25,725 nucleotides of DNA, taken from positions 1 through 25,725 of the IMG/VR virus record IMGVR_UViG_3300030606_000042; one strand, 5' to 3'. Of the stretch, positions 1-8,724 are shown piece by piece. This DNA is from a virus. Taxonomy: Duplodnaviria; Caudoviricetes. The position numbers and the translations under genes are program-made. The notes under the pieces were generated by a model, which saw only the letters and a program-made list of their open reading frames with translations, did not search any database and had not been told where the DNA came from. Numbering within the stretch: position 1 is the stretch's first letter; every line of letters starts with the position of its first letter.

Positions 1-133
1 CGCATCCTTGCCTGCAATGGTCGTGCGACGCTGGAGCGCGAGCATCCCGAGCTCGCCACCCTGCTGGCCGACCGCGCACGCCGTGCGTTGCAGGCCCACC
101 GCGGCGGTCGCGGCTTCCGCCCCGGTCAATTTT

Positions 134-176
134 AGGTTCTCCCGGGCCTCGAAAAGCAATGCGGGCGGGCGAAGCG
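134..176 (+). other. Candidate cos packaging site (cosQ-like AGGTTCT plus cosN-like GGCGGGCGAAGC)
   Basis: AGGTTCT (134-140), then 23 nt, then GGCGGGCGAAGC (164-175), just upstream of the terminase small subunit. This parallels lambda GGGTCCT-23 nt-GGGCGGCGACCT as I recall it, and the terminase here is gpA-type. Confidence 0.55.
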
Positions 177-242
177 TTTGTGATTTCCAGCAAAGCAGGA
201 TTCGCGGCGGGCTGAAATTCATCGTCCCGCCTGAATGACCCC

Positions 243-800
243 ATGAAAACCGTCGTCACCAAGGGCGAGTTCGCCCGCCTCAAGGGCCGGTCGCCGGCGG
301 CGGTTTCGAACTGGATCAAGGATGGGCGTCTCACCGCCGCGGCGCTGATCGGCACCGGCAACCGGGCGCGGATCTGGGTCGAGCAGGCCGACGCCGATCT
401 TGCCCGCAGCCTCGATCCGGTGCAGCAGGACCGCCTGGCCCAGCCCGTCGCCACCACGGCCGCCGCCGCCGAGCGGGACGAGTCCGACGACATCGCGCGG
501 CGGCGCAAGGCCGATGCCGACCGCGCCGAATCCGAGGCCGAGCTGGCGCGGCGCAAGCTGGCGCTCGACGAGGGCCGCTGGATCGACGCCGCCGAAGCCA
601 GGCGCGCCTGGGGCCGCGAACTGTCGACGATCGTCACCGAGACCGAGACCTTCATGACCAACACGCTGGCCCACAGGCTCGCCGACGCCCACGGCCTCGA
701 CTGGAAGGAGGTCTCGAGCGAGATCCGCCGGGCGTGGCGCGCGTTCCGCACCGGCACCGCCGACGAGGCCGCGGCGCGCCAGCTCGAGGCCGCCGAGTGA
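243..800 (+). CDS. Terminase small subunit (Nu1-like, winged HTH)
   Basis: N-terminal HTH (KGEFARLKGRSPAAVSNWIKDGRL), then a coiled coil (RRKADADRAESEAELARRKLALDEGRWID). Its stop overlaps the TerL start (GTGA). Confidence 0.85.
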   Translation: MKTVVTKGEFARLKGRSPAAVSNWIKDGRLTAAALIGTGNRARIWVEQADADLARSLDPVQQDRLAQPVATTAAAAERDESDDIARRRKADADRAESEAELARRKLALDEGRWIDAAEARRAWGRELSTIVTETETFMTNTLAHRLADAHGLDWKEVSSEIRRAWRAFRTGTADEAAARQLEAAE

Positions 801-2728
801 GCCTGCTGGTCGACCCGGCCCGGCTCGCCGCCTCGGTCACCGAGGCTGTCATGCGGCCGCCGCCGCCGCCCGACTTCAACGCCTGGGCCGAGGCCAACGT
901 GGTGTTCGGCAACGAGAGCCCGATCCCCGGCCCCTACCGGCGCGCGACCTTCCCGCCGGCGGAACGCATCCTCGAGGTGCTGGGCCCGGAGGATCCGGCG
1001 CGCGTCGTGACGGTCATGGGCTCGGCGCAGATCGTCAAGACGACGATCGGCCAGATCTTCGTCGCCGCGTCCATGGACCTCGAGCCGTGCGAGATGCTCT
1101 ACGTCCACCCGACCCACGACAACGCGGTCCGGTGGAGCCGGGGCAAGTGGAGCCAGATGCGCCGCCAGTCGGCCGCGCTCAAGCGCATGTTCGGCGAGGT
1201 CAAGACCCGCGACTCGACCGACACCGTGCTCTACCAGCAGAGGAAGGACGGCCGCGGCTCGTTGCAGATCTCCGGCGCCAACTCGCCGGCGTCGCTGTCG
1301 ATGATCACCGTGCCGCGCCAGGTGCAGGACGACCTCGCCAAGTGGGAGCCCAACACCGGCGGCGATCCGGAGCGCCAGGCCGACAGCCGCTCGAGCGCGT
1401 TCGATTGGGCCAAGATCCTCAAGCTCGGCACGCCGCTGCTCGCGCGCAGCTGCCGGATCACCCGGTCCTACAAGGCCGGCACCCAGGAGCGCTGGCACGT
1501 GCCGTGCCCGCACTGCCAGCACTTGCAACCGCTCGAATGGGCGAACCTGCAGGCCTCGATCAAGCCCGAGGCGCCCGGCGACGCCCACTTCACCTGCACC
1601 GCTTGCGGCTGCGCCATCGAGCACCGTCACAAGGCGTCGATGCTGGCCGCCGGGCGCTGGGTCGCCGACAACCCGGCCGCGGCGAACCCGAGCTTCCACA
1701 CCTGGCGGGCCTATTCGCCGACGCGGGACTGGGAATCGATCGCCCGGGAATGGCTCGAGGCCGAGGGCGACCCGCACGCCGAGCAAACGTTCTTCAACGA
1801 CGTGCTGGGGATCGCCTACGAAGGCGCGGCCGAGGCACAGCCCTGGGAGGCGATCCGCGACCGGGCGAACGACGGCGAGGGCGGCTACGACCGCGGCCGG
1901 ATCCCGCCCGGTGCCCTCATCGTCTGCGCCGGGGTCGACTGCCAGGGCGACCGGGTCGAGGTCCACGTCAAGGGGTTCGGCGACCGCCTGCGCCGCTGGA
2001 CCATCGACTACGAGGTCATCCCGCATCATATCGGCGAGGAAGCGTGCCGCGAGGCCCTGACCGCGTTCCTGGCGCGCACCTGGCCCGACGAGTTCGGCCA
2101 CCGGCGCGGCCTCGACATGCTGGCGATCGACGGCAACGCCTACACCACCGACGTGTTCGCCTGGGCCAAGAAGCATTCCTGGAACCGGGTGATCGTGGTG
2201 CGCGGCGCCAAGTCCGAGCAGGCGCCGACCCTGGCGCTGACCAAGTCCGAGCGCCGCGCCGACGGCAAGGTGCGCAAGGCCCAGAAAAGGTTCTACAACG
2301 TGGGCGTTTCCGGCCTCAAGATGGCGCTCTACGAGCACCTCAAGAAGCCGGATCCGCTGGCCCGCGGCGCCTGCGCCTATCCCAGGGGCCTCGACGACGA
2401 GTTCTACCGCCAGCTCACCGCCGAGAAGCGGGTGGTGCAGACCGACCGCTGGGGCTACCCGAAGGCCGCCTGGCGCCTCGACCACGACCGCAACGAAGTG
2501 CTCGACACCGAGCTCTATGCCGAGGCCGCCGGGATCCGCTGCGGCTTCTACACCCGCAGCCCCGAAGACTGGCAGCGCCTTGCCGCCGAGCGCGAGGCCG
2601 CCCCGCCCGAGCCCCAGGCGGACCTGTTCGACCCCGCCAACCCGGCCCGCCTCAGCGACGCCGCCCACCAGACCGCGCCGAAGCCGCGGCGCACCATCGC
2701 CGAGATCGCCGCGAGGCTGAACGGATGA
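797..2728 (+). CDS. Terminase large subunit, lambda gpA family
   Basis: GTG start at 797 overlaps the TerS stop. Walker A-like GSAQIVKTT, Walker B-like QVQDD, motif C GTP, Zn-ribbon CPHC...CTAC, nuclease motifs AGVDCQGDR, AIDGNA and RNEVLD. Confidence 0.95.
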   Translation: MSLLVDPARLAASVTEAVMRPPPPPDFNAWAEANVVFGNESPIPGPYRRATFPPAERILEVLGPEDPARVVTVMGSAQIVKTTIGQIFVAASMDLEPCEMLYVHPTHDNAVRWSRGKWSQMRRQSAALKRMFGEVKTRDSTDTVLYQQRKDGRGSLQISGANSPASLSMITVPRQVQDDLAKWEPNTGGDPERQADSRSSAFDWAKILKLGTPLLARSCRITRSYKAGTQERWHVPCPHCQHLQPLEWANLQASIKPEAPGDAHFTCTACGCAIEHRHKASMLAAGRWVADNPAAANPSFHTWRAYSPTRDWESIAREWLEAEGDPHAEQTFFNDVLGIAYEGAAEAQPWEAIRDRANDGEGGYDRGRIPPGALIVCAGVDCQGDRVEVHVKGFGDRLRRWTIDYEVIPHHIGEEACREALTAFLARTWPDEFGHRRGLDMLAIDGNAYTTDVFAWAKKHSWNRVIVVRGAKSEQAPTLALTKSERRADGKVRKAQKRFYNVGVSGLKMALYEHLKKPDPLARGACAYPRGLDDEFYRQLTAEKRVVQTDRWGYPKAAWRLDHDRNEVLDTELYAEAAGIRCGFYTRSPEDWQRLAAEREAAPPEPQADLFDPANPARLSDAAHQTAPKPRRTIAEIAARLNG

Positions 2729-2738
2729 GGATCCCCCG

Positions 2739-4361
2739 ATGACGGCAGCCGCCACCGAGAAGCCGCGCGTGCGGGTGCGCGCCGGCCGCCAGCCGGACCT
2801 GTTCGGGCCGGCCGCGGCGCCGTCGCGCCCGGCGCCCAGGTCCTCGTTCATGCGCGGCGGCGAGATCCCCGTCTTCTTCCGCTGGCAGCCCAGCCTTCGC
2901 GAGTCCAACGACGACGTGCGGCAGGCGTGGCGGCTGGCCGCGGCGCGGGCGGTCGACTCGATCCAGAACTCCGGCTGGCTGGCCGGCGCCACCGAACAGT
3001 CCGCCGCCCACGTGGTCGGCACCCGCCTGGAGCTCAACGCCAAGCCCAACGCCGAGGCGCTCGGCTGGACCCAGGACGAGGCCAACGGCTGGGCGCGCCG
3101 GGTCGAGTCCCGGTTCTCGATCTGGGCGGAGGACGCGCGGGCCTGCGACGCCGGCGGCCGCTTCACCTTCGGCAAGATCCTGGTCCAGGCCTATCGCCAC
3201 TGGATGGCGACCGGCGAGGTGCTGGCGAGCCTGCCGTGGTTCCGCCGCCCGGGCTCGGCGTTTGCCACCAAGGTCAAGCTGCTGCCGGCCTGGCGCCTGT
3301 CGCAGCGCTCGGAGGGTCGCGACCTGGTGCAGGGGATCCGTCTCGACGGCGTGGGCGCGGCGCGCGCCTACCTGCTCAAGCGCCGGACCGCCTGGGGAGG
3401 CGAGGAGGAGGTCGAGCTGGCCGCCCGCGACGCCTTCGGCCGGCCGCTGGTGATCCACGTGTTCGACGGCGAGCCCGACCAGGTGCGCGGCATCTCGCCG
3501 TTGACGCCGATCCTGAAGGTGACCCGCCAGTTCGACCAGCTGGCCGACGCCACCCTCACCGCGGCGCTGATCCAGGCGGTGTTCGCCGCCATGTTCAAGA
3601 GCCAGGCCCCGTCCGAGGAGGTGCTGGCCGGCATGCAGTCGAGCGCGGAAGCCGACCAGCTCGCGACCTATCTCGACAACCGGGCCGACTGGTACAAGAC
3701 GACCGACCTCAACCTGGGCGTGACCGGCAAGGTGCTGCACGGCTTTCCCGGCGACGAGCTGCAGTTCTTCCGCTCCGAGCACCCGAACTCGACCTACGAG
3801 GCCTTCGCCCGCTTCCTGCTGCGCGAGATCTCCCGCGCCTGCGCGCTGACCTACGAGGAGATGACCGGCGACTTCGCCGGCGCCACCTTCTCGTCGATCA
3901 AGATGGGCACGGCGGTGGTCTGGCCGCGGGTGCTGCAGCGCCGCCGCGACATCGTCGTGCCGCTCGCCCAGGCCTGCTACGAGGCCTGGCTCGAGGAGGA
4001 CATCGAGGCCGGCCGCACGCCGTTCCCCGGCGGCGTCGCCGGCTATCTCGCCAACCGCGAGGCGGCCGCTCAGGCCAACTGGCGCGGACCGACCAAGCCT
4101 CAGGCCGACGAGCTGAAGGCGGCCAAGGCGGCGGAGACCTGGCAGAAGGTCGGCGTGCCGGATGCGGTGATCTTCGACGAGCTCGGCGGCGACCCGGACG
4201 ACTGGTACGAGCAGCGCAAGCGCGAGCAGGACCGGCGCGAGGCGCTGGGGCTGAAGGACCGCGCCGCGGCGGCGCCGGCCCGCGGGTCGAGCCCGGGGCA
4301 AGACGGCGGCGAGGGTCGCGAAGAGGACGAGCCCAACGAGGACCAGGAGGAGAGACCATGA
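2739..4361 (+). CDS. Portal protein, lambda family
   Basis: 540 aa after TerL, RBS GAGGA. Motifs DQVRGISPLTPIL, LTYEEMTGDFAGATFSSIKMG and WRGP are typical of lambda gpB-type portals. Confidence 0.93.
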   Translation: MTAAATEKPRVRVRAGRQPDLFGPAAAPSRPAPRSSFMRGGEIPVFFRWQPSLRESNDDVRQAWRLAAARAVDSIQNSGWLAGATEQSAAHVVGTRLELNAKPNAEALGWTQDEANGWARRVESRFSIWAEDARACDAGGRFTFGKILVQAYRHWMATGEVLASLPWFRRPGSAFATKVKLLPAWRLSQRSEGRDLVQGIRLDGVGAARAYLLKRRTAWGGEEEVELAARDAFGRPLVIHVFDGEPDQVRGISPLTPILKVTRQFDQLADATLTAALIQAVFAAMFKSQAPSEEVLAGMQSSAEADQLATYLDNRADWYKTTDLNLGVTGKVLHGFPGDELQFFRSEHPNSTYEAFARFLLREISRACALTYEEMTGDFAGATFSSIKMGTAVVWPRVLQRRRDIVVPLAQACYEAWLEEDIEAGRTPFPGGVAGYLANREAAAQANWRGPTKPQADELKAAKAAETWQKVGVPDAVIFDELGGDPDDWYEQRKREQDRREALGLKDRAAAAPARGSSPGQDGGEGREEDEPNEDQEERP

Positions 4362-4609
4362 TGCTTCGCCGGTTGCCAGACGATGACATATTGATCGAGC
4401 TTGTCGGCAACGATGTGCTGTGCGTCGGTGCGCATGAGGTGAACGGATGCCGGTTCTTCACGCGCGTAGAGCCTGGCGATCTTCCCGAACATCTGGACTG
4501 TCTCGAAGCCGTAACAGGCCTCGAAGGGGACGGCCTGACATGGATTGACGATCTCGCCCGGCGGCAATACGAGGCGACCGGGGATACCGGCCGCGACAGC
4601 GAGGACTGA
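4358..4609 (+). CDS. Hypothetical acidic protein (83 aa)
   Basis: ATGA overlap with the portal stop, RBS GGAGGAG upstream, ends 2 nt before the next ATG. Visibly more AT-rich codons than its neighbours. Confidence 0.6.
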   Translation: MMLRRLPDDDILIELVGNDVLCVGAHEVNGCRFFTRVEPGDLPEHLDCLEAVTGLEGDGLTWIDDLARRQYEATGDTGRDSED

Positions 4610-4611
4610 CC

Positions 4612-4839
4612 ATGGCGGAATCCGGTGAGGACGATCCTTGTGCTGCATATGCGGCCCTGAACGCGACGTATCTCAAGATCATATCTGGCCAGACCGTGAA
4701 ATCCGTTGCCCATGGAAATTTGAGCACCGAGTACAGTCCGGCGAACATCCGCGCCATGCAGGATCGTCTGAGACTGCTTTATGCCGAGTGCCAAGCGTCG
4801 CAGGGCCGCAGCCGCCGCCGGGCGTTCACCGGGGGCTGA
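4612..4839 (+). CDS. Head-tail joining protein, gpW-like
   Basis: 75 aa helix-hairpin-helix pattern (AALNATYLKIISGQTVKSVAHGNLSTEYSPANIRAMQDRLRLL) with a basic RRR tail, as in lambda gpW. RBS GAGGA. Confidence 0.75.
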   Translation: MAESGEDDPCAAYAALNATYLKIISGQTVKSVAHGNLSTEYSPANIRAMQDRLRLLYAECQASQGRSRRRAFTGG

Positions 4840-4853
4840 TCCGCTCCCTTTCA

Positions 4854-4949
4854 CCGTCATCCCCGCGCAGAACCGGGACCCAGTGCCCCAATCTCCGTTC
4901 CCGCTTGCCGCCGTCATCCGTGGGTCCCGGATCAAGTCCGGGATGACGG
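4854..4949. repeat. REP/REPIN-like palindromic element
   Basis: Left arm CCGTCATCCCCGCGCAGAACCGGGACCCA (4854-4882) and right arm TGGGTCCCGGATCAAGTCCGGGATGACGG (4921-4949) are imperfect inverted repeats. They resemble alphaproteobacterial GTCATCCC...GGGATGAC REPs. Confidence 0.8.
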
Positions 4950-4987
4950 GGTGGGGCGGGGCCGTCCGCGCACCGAAAGGTTCCCCC

Positions 4988-6382
4988 ATGTCGCTCTTGC
5001 TGCGCATCGCCGAGCGGGCGCTCAACCGTCCGCTGCTGATCCATCCCGACAAGGTGCCGCTGATCCTGGGCGTGCTCGAGGGACGGATCCCGGTCGAGAC
5101 CGACCAGGAGCTGCGGGACGAAGCCCAGGCGCGCATCGCCGAACTGCCCGAGGAGGCCCGCGCCGTGCTCACGGGGCCGTCGCCGGAGGCCTCGCGCTTC
5201 GTTGGCGAGTCTGTCGACACCGATCCCCTCACCGGGCAGCAGTCGCGGCTGCCCTACCGACGCACCAAGAATGGCATTGCCGTCATCACGGTGACCGGCA
5301 GCCTCGTCAATCGCGGCGCGTGGATCGGGTCCTATTCCGGCTCGACCTCCTACGAGGGCATCAAGCACCAGGTTGCCGTGGCGGCTGCGGACCCGCGGAC
5401 CCGCGCGATCCTCCTCGACATCGAGAGCCCCGGCGGCGAGGCGGTCGGCGCCTTCGAGACCGCGCACGCCGTGCGCGCCGCCGACAGGATCAAGCCGGTC
5501 CATGCGGTGGTCAACGGCATGGCGGCGTCGGCGGCCTACGCGATCGCCGCGGGCGCCCGGCGCATCGTCACCGGCCCGAGCGGCATCGTCGGTTCGATCG
5601 GCGTGGTCATGGTCCATGCCGATTACAGCCGCGCGATCGACAAGCGCGGCATCACGCCGACCCTGATCTTCGCCGGCGCCCACAAGGTCGACGGCCATCC
5701 GTTCGGGCCGTTGCCCGAAAGTGCCCGCGACGGGCTGCAGGCCGAGGTCGACAGGTTCTACGACCTGTTCGTCGGCACGGTCGCGCAGCTGCGCGACGGC
5801 CTCGACGACGCAGCCATCCGCGCCACCGAGGCGCGCACCTTCCTCGGCGCCGACGCGGTCGACGTCGGGCTCGCCGACGAGCTCGGCACCTTCGAGGAGG
5901 TGCTGGCCGATCTCTCCCGCGGCGGAAGCCGCTCAACCACCGTCATGAAAGGATCATTCCAGATGACGCAGACCACGAGCGCGCCCGCCGCCGAGACCGC
6001 GGGCATCCCCAAGGCCGAGCACGACCTGGCGGTCGCCGCGGCGCGCACCGACGGCCACGCCGCCGGTGCCAAGGCCGAACGCGAGCGGTTCGCCGCGATC
6101 CTCGCCGATGACAAGGTCAAGGGCCGCGAGCGCACCGCCCTCGATCTGGCGCTCAAGTCGCCCGACATGGCGGCCGCCGACGTGATCGGCTTCGTCGCCG
6201 GCCTCGACATCGCCCAGCCGGCAGCGGCCGTGCCGTCGATCGAGAGCCGCATGGCCGGCCAGGGCACAGACCTCGCCCTGGGCGGGCCGGTGCAGACCGG
6301 CGCCCCGCGCCAGGCGGCCGCGGTGCCGAGTGCGGCGTCGGTCTATGCCGCGCGCCGCAAGGCGATGCAGCCGACCCACTGA
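4988..6382 (+). CDS. Prohead protease, S49 family (lambda gpC-like) with C-terminal scaffold region
   Basis: ATG 4988 after GAAAGG. Motifs LDIESPGG, GMAASAAY, GSIGV and HKVDG (Ser-Lys dyad). Ala-rich C-terminal AERERFAAIL scaffold-like segment. Confidence 0.93.
   Translation: MSLLLRIAERALNRPLLIHPDKVPLILGVLEGRIPVETDQELRDEAQARIAELPEEARAVLTGPSPEASRFVGESVDTDPLTGQQSRLPYRRTKNGIAVITVTGSLVNRGAWIGSYSGSTSYEGIKHQVAVAAADPRTRAILLDIESPGGEAVGAFETAHAVRAADRIKPVHAVVNGMAASAAYAIAAGARRIVTGPSGIVGSIGVVMVHADYSRAIDKRGITPTLIFAGAHKVDGHPFGPLPESARDGLQAEVDRFYDLFVGTVAQLRDGLDDAAIRATEARTFLGADAVDVGLADELGTFEEVLADLSRGGSRSTTVMKGSFQMTQTTSAPAAETAGIPKAEHDLAVAAARTDGHAAGAKAERERFAAILADDKVKGRERTALDLALKSPDMAAADVIGFVAGLDIAQPAAAVPSIESRMAGQGTDLALGGPVQTGAPRQAAAVPSAASVYAARRKAMQPTH
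5963..6382 (+). CDS. Nested scaffold protein (Nu3-like), in-frame internal start
   Basis: AAAGGA Shine-Dalgarno within the protease ORF just before in-frame ATG 5963 (MTQTTSAPAA), at the end of the protease domain. Same arrangement as lambda C/Nu3. Confidence 0.7.
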   Translation: MTQTTSAPAAETAGIPKAEHDLAVAAARTDGHAAGAKAERERFAAILADDKVKGRERTALDLALKSPDMAAADVIGFVAGLDIAQPAAAVPSIESRMAGQGTDLALGGPVQTGAPRQAAAVPSAASVYAARRKAMQPTH

Positions 6383-6409
6383 GGCCATCCCCCGATCGTC
6401 CGCCGCAGC

Positions 6410-6428
6410 CCCCGGGTCAGGCCCGGGG
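6410..6428. repeat. REP-like hairpin copy CCCCGGG-TCAGG-CCCGGGG
   Basis: Perfect 7-bp stem with compensatory changes relative to the copy at 7995. Intergenic between protease and decoration genes. Confidence 0.7.
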
Positions 6429-6461
6429 CAAGCGGACCCTCAAACACAAGGATCACACATC

Positions 6462-6839
6462 ATGGTAACCAAGACCGAGGGCCGCTACGCGGCCGGATTC
6501 GTCCTGAGCGAGGCCGCAGGCGCCCGCTCGCGTGACAACGGCGTGCTGGTGACCGGCCAGGATCTCAAGGCCGGCCAGGTGCTGATGGACAACGGCGCCG
6601 GCAAGCTCACCGCCTTCACCGTCACCGAGAACTCCGACGGCTCGCTGGAGACCGAGGCCAAGGGCATCCTGCTCTACAACGTCGACGCCACGTCGGCCGA
6701 TGTCGACGTGTCCTACTTCGCGCGCGACGGCGAGGTGAACCTCCACGAGCTGACCTATCCGGAGGAAACCTCCGAAGGCGGCGAGGAGGCCCACACCATC
6801 GCCTCCCTCGCCCTGCTCGGCATCATCGCCCGGCAGTAA
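6462..6839 (+). CDS. Head decoration protein (lambda gpD-like)
   Basis: ATG after AAGGA, 125 aa, between protease and capsid. Motifs EGRYAAGFVLSEA..RSRD, LKAGQVL, AKGILLYNVDAT and LALLGIIAR. Confidence 0.88.
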   Translation: MVTKTEGRYAAGFVLSEAAGARSRDNGVLVTGQDLKAGQVLMDNGAGKLTAFTVTENSDGSLETEAKGILLYNVDATSADVDVSYFARDGEVNLHELTYPEETSEGGEEAHTIASLALLGIIARQ

Positions 6840-6911
6840 CCGCACCGCTCCGGCTGCGCCGGACACTCCCCACCCATCCGGCATCCGCCGGCAGCAAGAG
6901 AGACTTATCCC

Positions 6912-7916
6912 ATGGGTATCCTCGACATCTTCTCCGACGACGGCTTTTCCGTCCTCGACTTGACCGGGCTGGTCAACAATGAGCCCTACGCGCCGAAGCA
7001 GCTCTCCCAGCTCGGCATCTTCGAGGAGGAGGGCGTGACCACCACCACGGTCGCCTTCGACAAGATCAACGGCGTGCTCACCCTGGTCGGACCGACCCCG
7101 CGCGGCGGGCCCGGCGAGACGGTCGCCAAGGACCGCGGCTCGCTGCTCGCGATCCCGGTCGAGCACTTCCAGCGCGACGACGCGGTCATGGCCGACGAGG
7201 TCCAGGGCCGGCGCATGCTCGGGTCCGCCGACATGAAAGAGGACCTGCAGCGCCTGATCGTCAAGCGGTCGATGAAGCATTTCCGCGACTTCGACGCCAC
7301 GCTGGAACACCAGCGCATCGGGGCGATCAAGGGCATCGTGCTCGACAAGAACGGCAACACCAGGCTCAACCTGTTCACCGCGTTCGACGAGTCGGCGCAG
7401 TCGACGGTCGACTTCGATCTCGACAACGCCAACCCCGCCTCTGGGGCTTTCCGCAAGAAGTGCGACACGGTGATCGAGACCATCGAGGATGCACTCGGCG
7501 CCGATTCCTATGACGGCATCCACGCGATCTGTGGTCGCGGGTTCTACCGTGACGTCCTATCCCACAAGGAAGTGGTCGAGTCGTTCAAGAACACGGCGTT
7601 CGCCAACGTGCTCAGGGCGGGCATGCCGCGGACCTTTGAGTTCGGCGATATCACATGGGAACGCTATCGCACCGGTGGTGCTTCCGGGTTCGTCAACGAT
7701 GACGAGTGCCACCTGTTCCCGGTCGGCGTGCCGGAGCTGTTCAAGACCTACTTCGCCCCGGCCGACTACATCGAGACGGTCAACACCGAGGGATTCCCCC
7801 GCTACGTCAAGCAAGTGCGCATGGACAACGACAAGGGCATCCGCGTCGAGATCCAGTCCAACCCGCTGTCGGTGTGCCGCAAGCCCCAGGTGCTGGTCAA
7901 TGGCACCAAGACCTGA
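6912..7916 (+). CDS. Major capsid protein, lambda gpE family
   Basis: 334 aa. Motifs LGIFEEEGVTTT, TPRGGPG, TLEHQRIGAIKG, YFAPADYIETVNTEG and QSNPL. Strong codon bias. Confidence 0.95.
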   Translation: MGILDIFSDDGFSVLDLTGLVNNEPYAPKQLSQLGIFEEEGVTTTTVAFDKINGVLTLVGPTPRGGPGETVAKDRGSLLAIPVEHFQRDDAVMADEVQGRRMLGSADMKEDLQRLIVKRSMKHFRDFDATLEHQRIGAIKGIVLDKNGNTRLNLFTAFDESAQSTVDFDLDNANPASGAFRKKCDTVIETIEDALGADSYDGIHAICGRGFYRDVLSHKEVVESFKNTAFANVLRAGMPRTFEFGDITWERYRTGGASGFVNDDECHLFPVGVPELFKTYFAPADYIETVNTEGFPRYVKQVRMDNDKGIRVEIQSNPLSVCRKPQVLVNGTKT

Positions 7917-7994
7917 TCGCGGCTTTCCCTCCTCTGGCCGCGCCCGCGGCGGGCGGTCGCTCCCTCGGCTGCCCGCCGCACCTCTTTCCTCAAG

Positions 7995-8013
7995 CCCCGG
8001 ATCAGGTCCGGGG
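7995..8013. repeat. REP-like hairpin copy CCCCGGA-TCAGG-TCCGGGG
   Basis: Perfect 7-bp stem. Intergenic between the capsid gene and the enzyme cassette, identical to 18138-18156. Confidence 0.75.
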
Positions 8014-8031
8014 GTCCCGCAGGCTCTCCCC

Positions 8032-8724
8032 ATGCGCCCCATTGCCCCGCAGGCCCTGGCAATCGGACCCGACTGGGCCGGCGAGACCGCGTTCCTGGTC
8101 GCCGGCGGACCGTCGGCGGCGCGCTGGTGCGGTCCCGACGGCACCCTCGAGTGCCTGCGCGGCCGCCGGGTGCTGGCGATCAACACGTCCATGACCACCG
8201 TGGTGCCCTTCGCCGACATGGGCTTCTTTCACGACGAGCGCTGGCTCCGGGAATACTGGCGCGGCCTCGACGGCTTCGCCGGCCGGGTCGTCACCTGCTC
8301 GAAGGCGGCAGTGGCGATCTCGCTGCCGCACCTGGCCGCCGCCGTCAACGCCGCCGGCGCCGTCCTGCCGCGGCTGGAGTATGTCGAGAAGGTGTCTTAC
8401 GAGGACGGCCTCGCCGCCGGGCGCCACCAGGTGGCGATGAAGTCGACGTCGGTGCAGGGCGGCCTCAGCCTTCTCGCCCACTTGGGCGTCGCGCGGATCG
8501 TCACGGTGGCCACCGACATGGCCGCCGGCGCCGACGGGCGCTGCCACCACCACGCCCCGCACCCGGCGCGCTGGAGCTTTGACCCAAGCCGCTGGGACAC
8601 CCACGCCGAGGAGCTGGCGATCGCCGCCGAGGCGCTCGCCGCCCGCGGCATCGAGGTCGTCAACACCTCGCCCACCGGCCGCCTGCCGTTCTGGCCCTAC
8701 CGGGAGCTCAGCGCATGTCTGTGA
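8032..8724 (+). CDS. Maf/DUF115- or sialyltransferase (GT29/GT42)-fold protein, paralogue 1
   Basis: Motif order AFLVAGGPS ... VLAIN ... FFHD..W ... STSVQGGLSLLAHLGVARIVTVATDM ... HHH ... EVVNTSPTGRL matches this fold. Start placed at ATG 8032 rather than the ORF-track start inside the capsid gene. Confidence 0.7.
   Translation: MRPIAPQALAIGPDWAGETAFLVAGGPSAARWCGPDGTLECLRGRRVLAINTSMTTVVPFADMGFFHDERWLREYWRGLDGFAGRVVTCSKAAVAISLPHLAAAVNAAGAVLPRLEYVEKVSYEDGLAAGRHQVAMKSTSVQGGLSLLAHLGVARIVTVATDMAAGADGRCHHHAPHPARWSFDPSRWDTHAEELAIAAEALAARGIEVVNTSPTGRLPFWPYRELSACL

Noticed and set aside
1087-6111. Long alternative-frame + strand ORFs rich in Arg/Pro/Gly (1087-2742, most of 2927-4609, 4951-6111)
   Set aside because: Off-frame readings of terminase, portal and protease. 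Only the last 83 codons of 2927-4609 look like a real gene.
243-7916. RcGTA-like gene transfer agent
   Set aside because: Terminase, portal, S49 protease, gpD and gpE are lambda-type with a cos-like site, unlike the HK97-type RcGTA head module.
7917-7994. Rho-independent terminator after the major capsid gene
   Set aside because: GC-rich partial hairpins are present but none has a clear adjacent U-tract, so I cannot support the call.
7489-8031. Upstream extensions of ORF-track calls (7489, 9259, 10416, 11484, 12404, 13530, 14689, 21367, 4781, 6330, 734)
   Set aside because: They overlap bona fide genes or repeats. Better starts with an RBS or stop-start coupling exist downstream.
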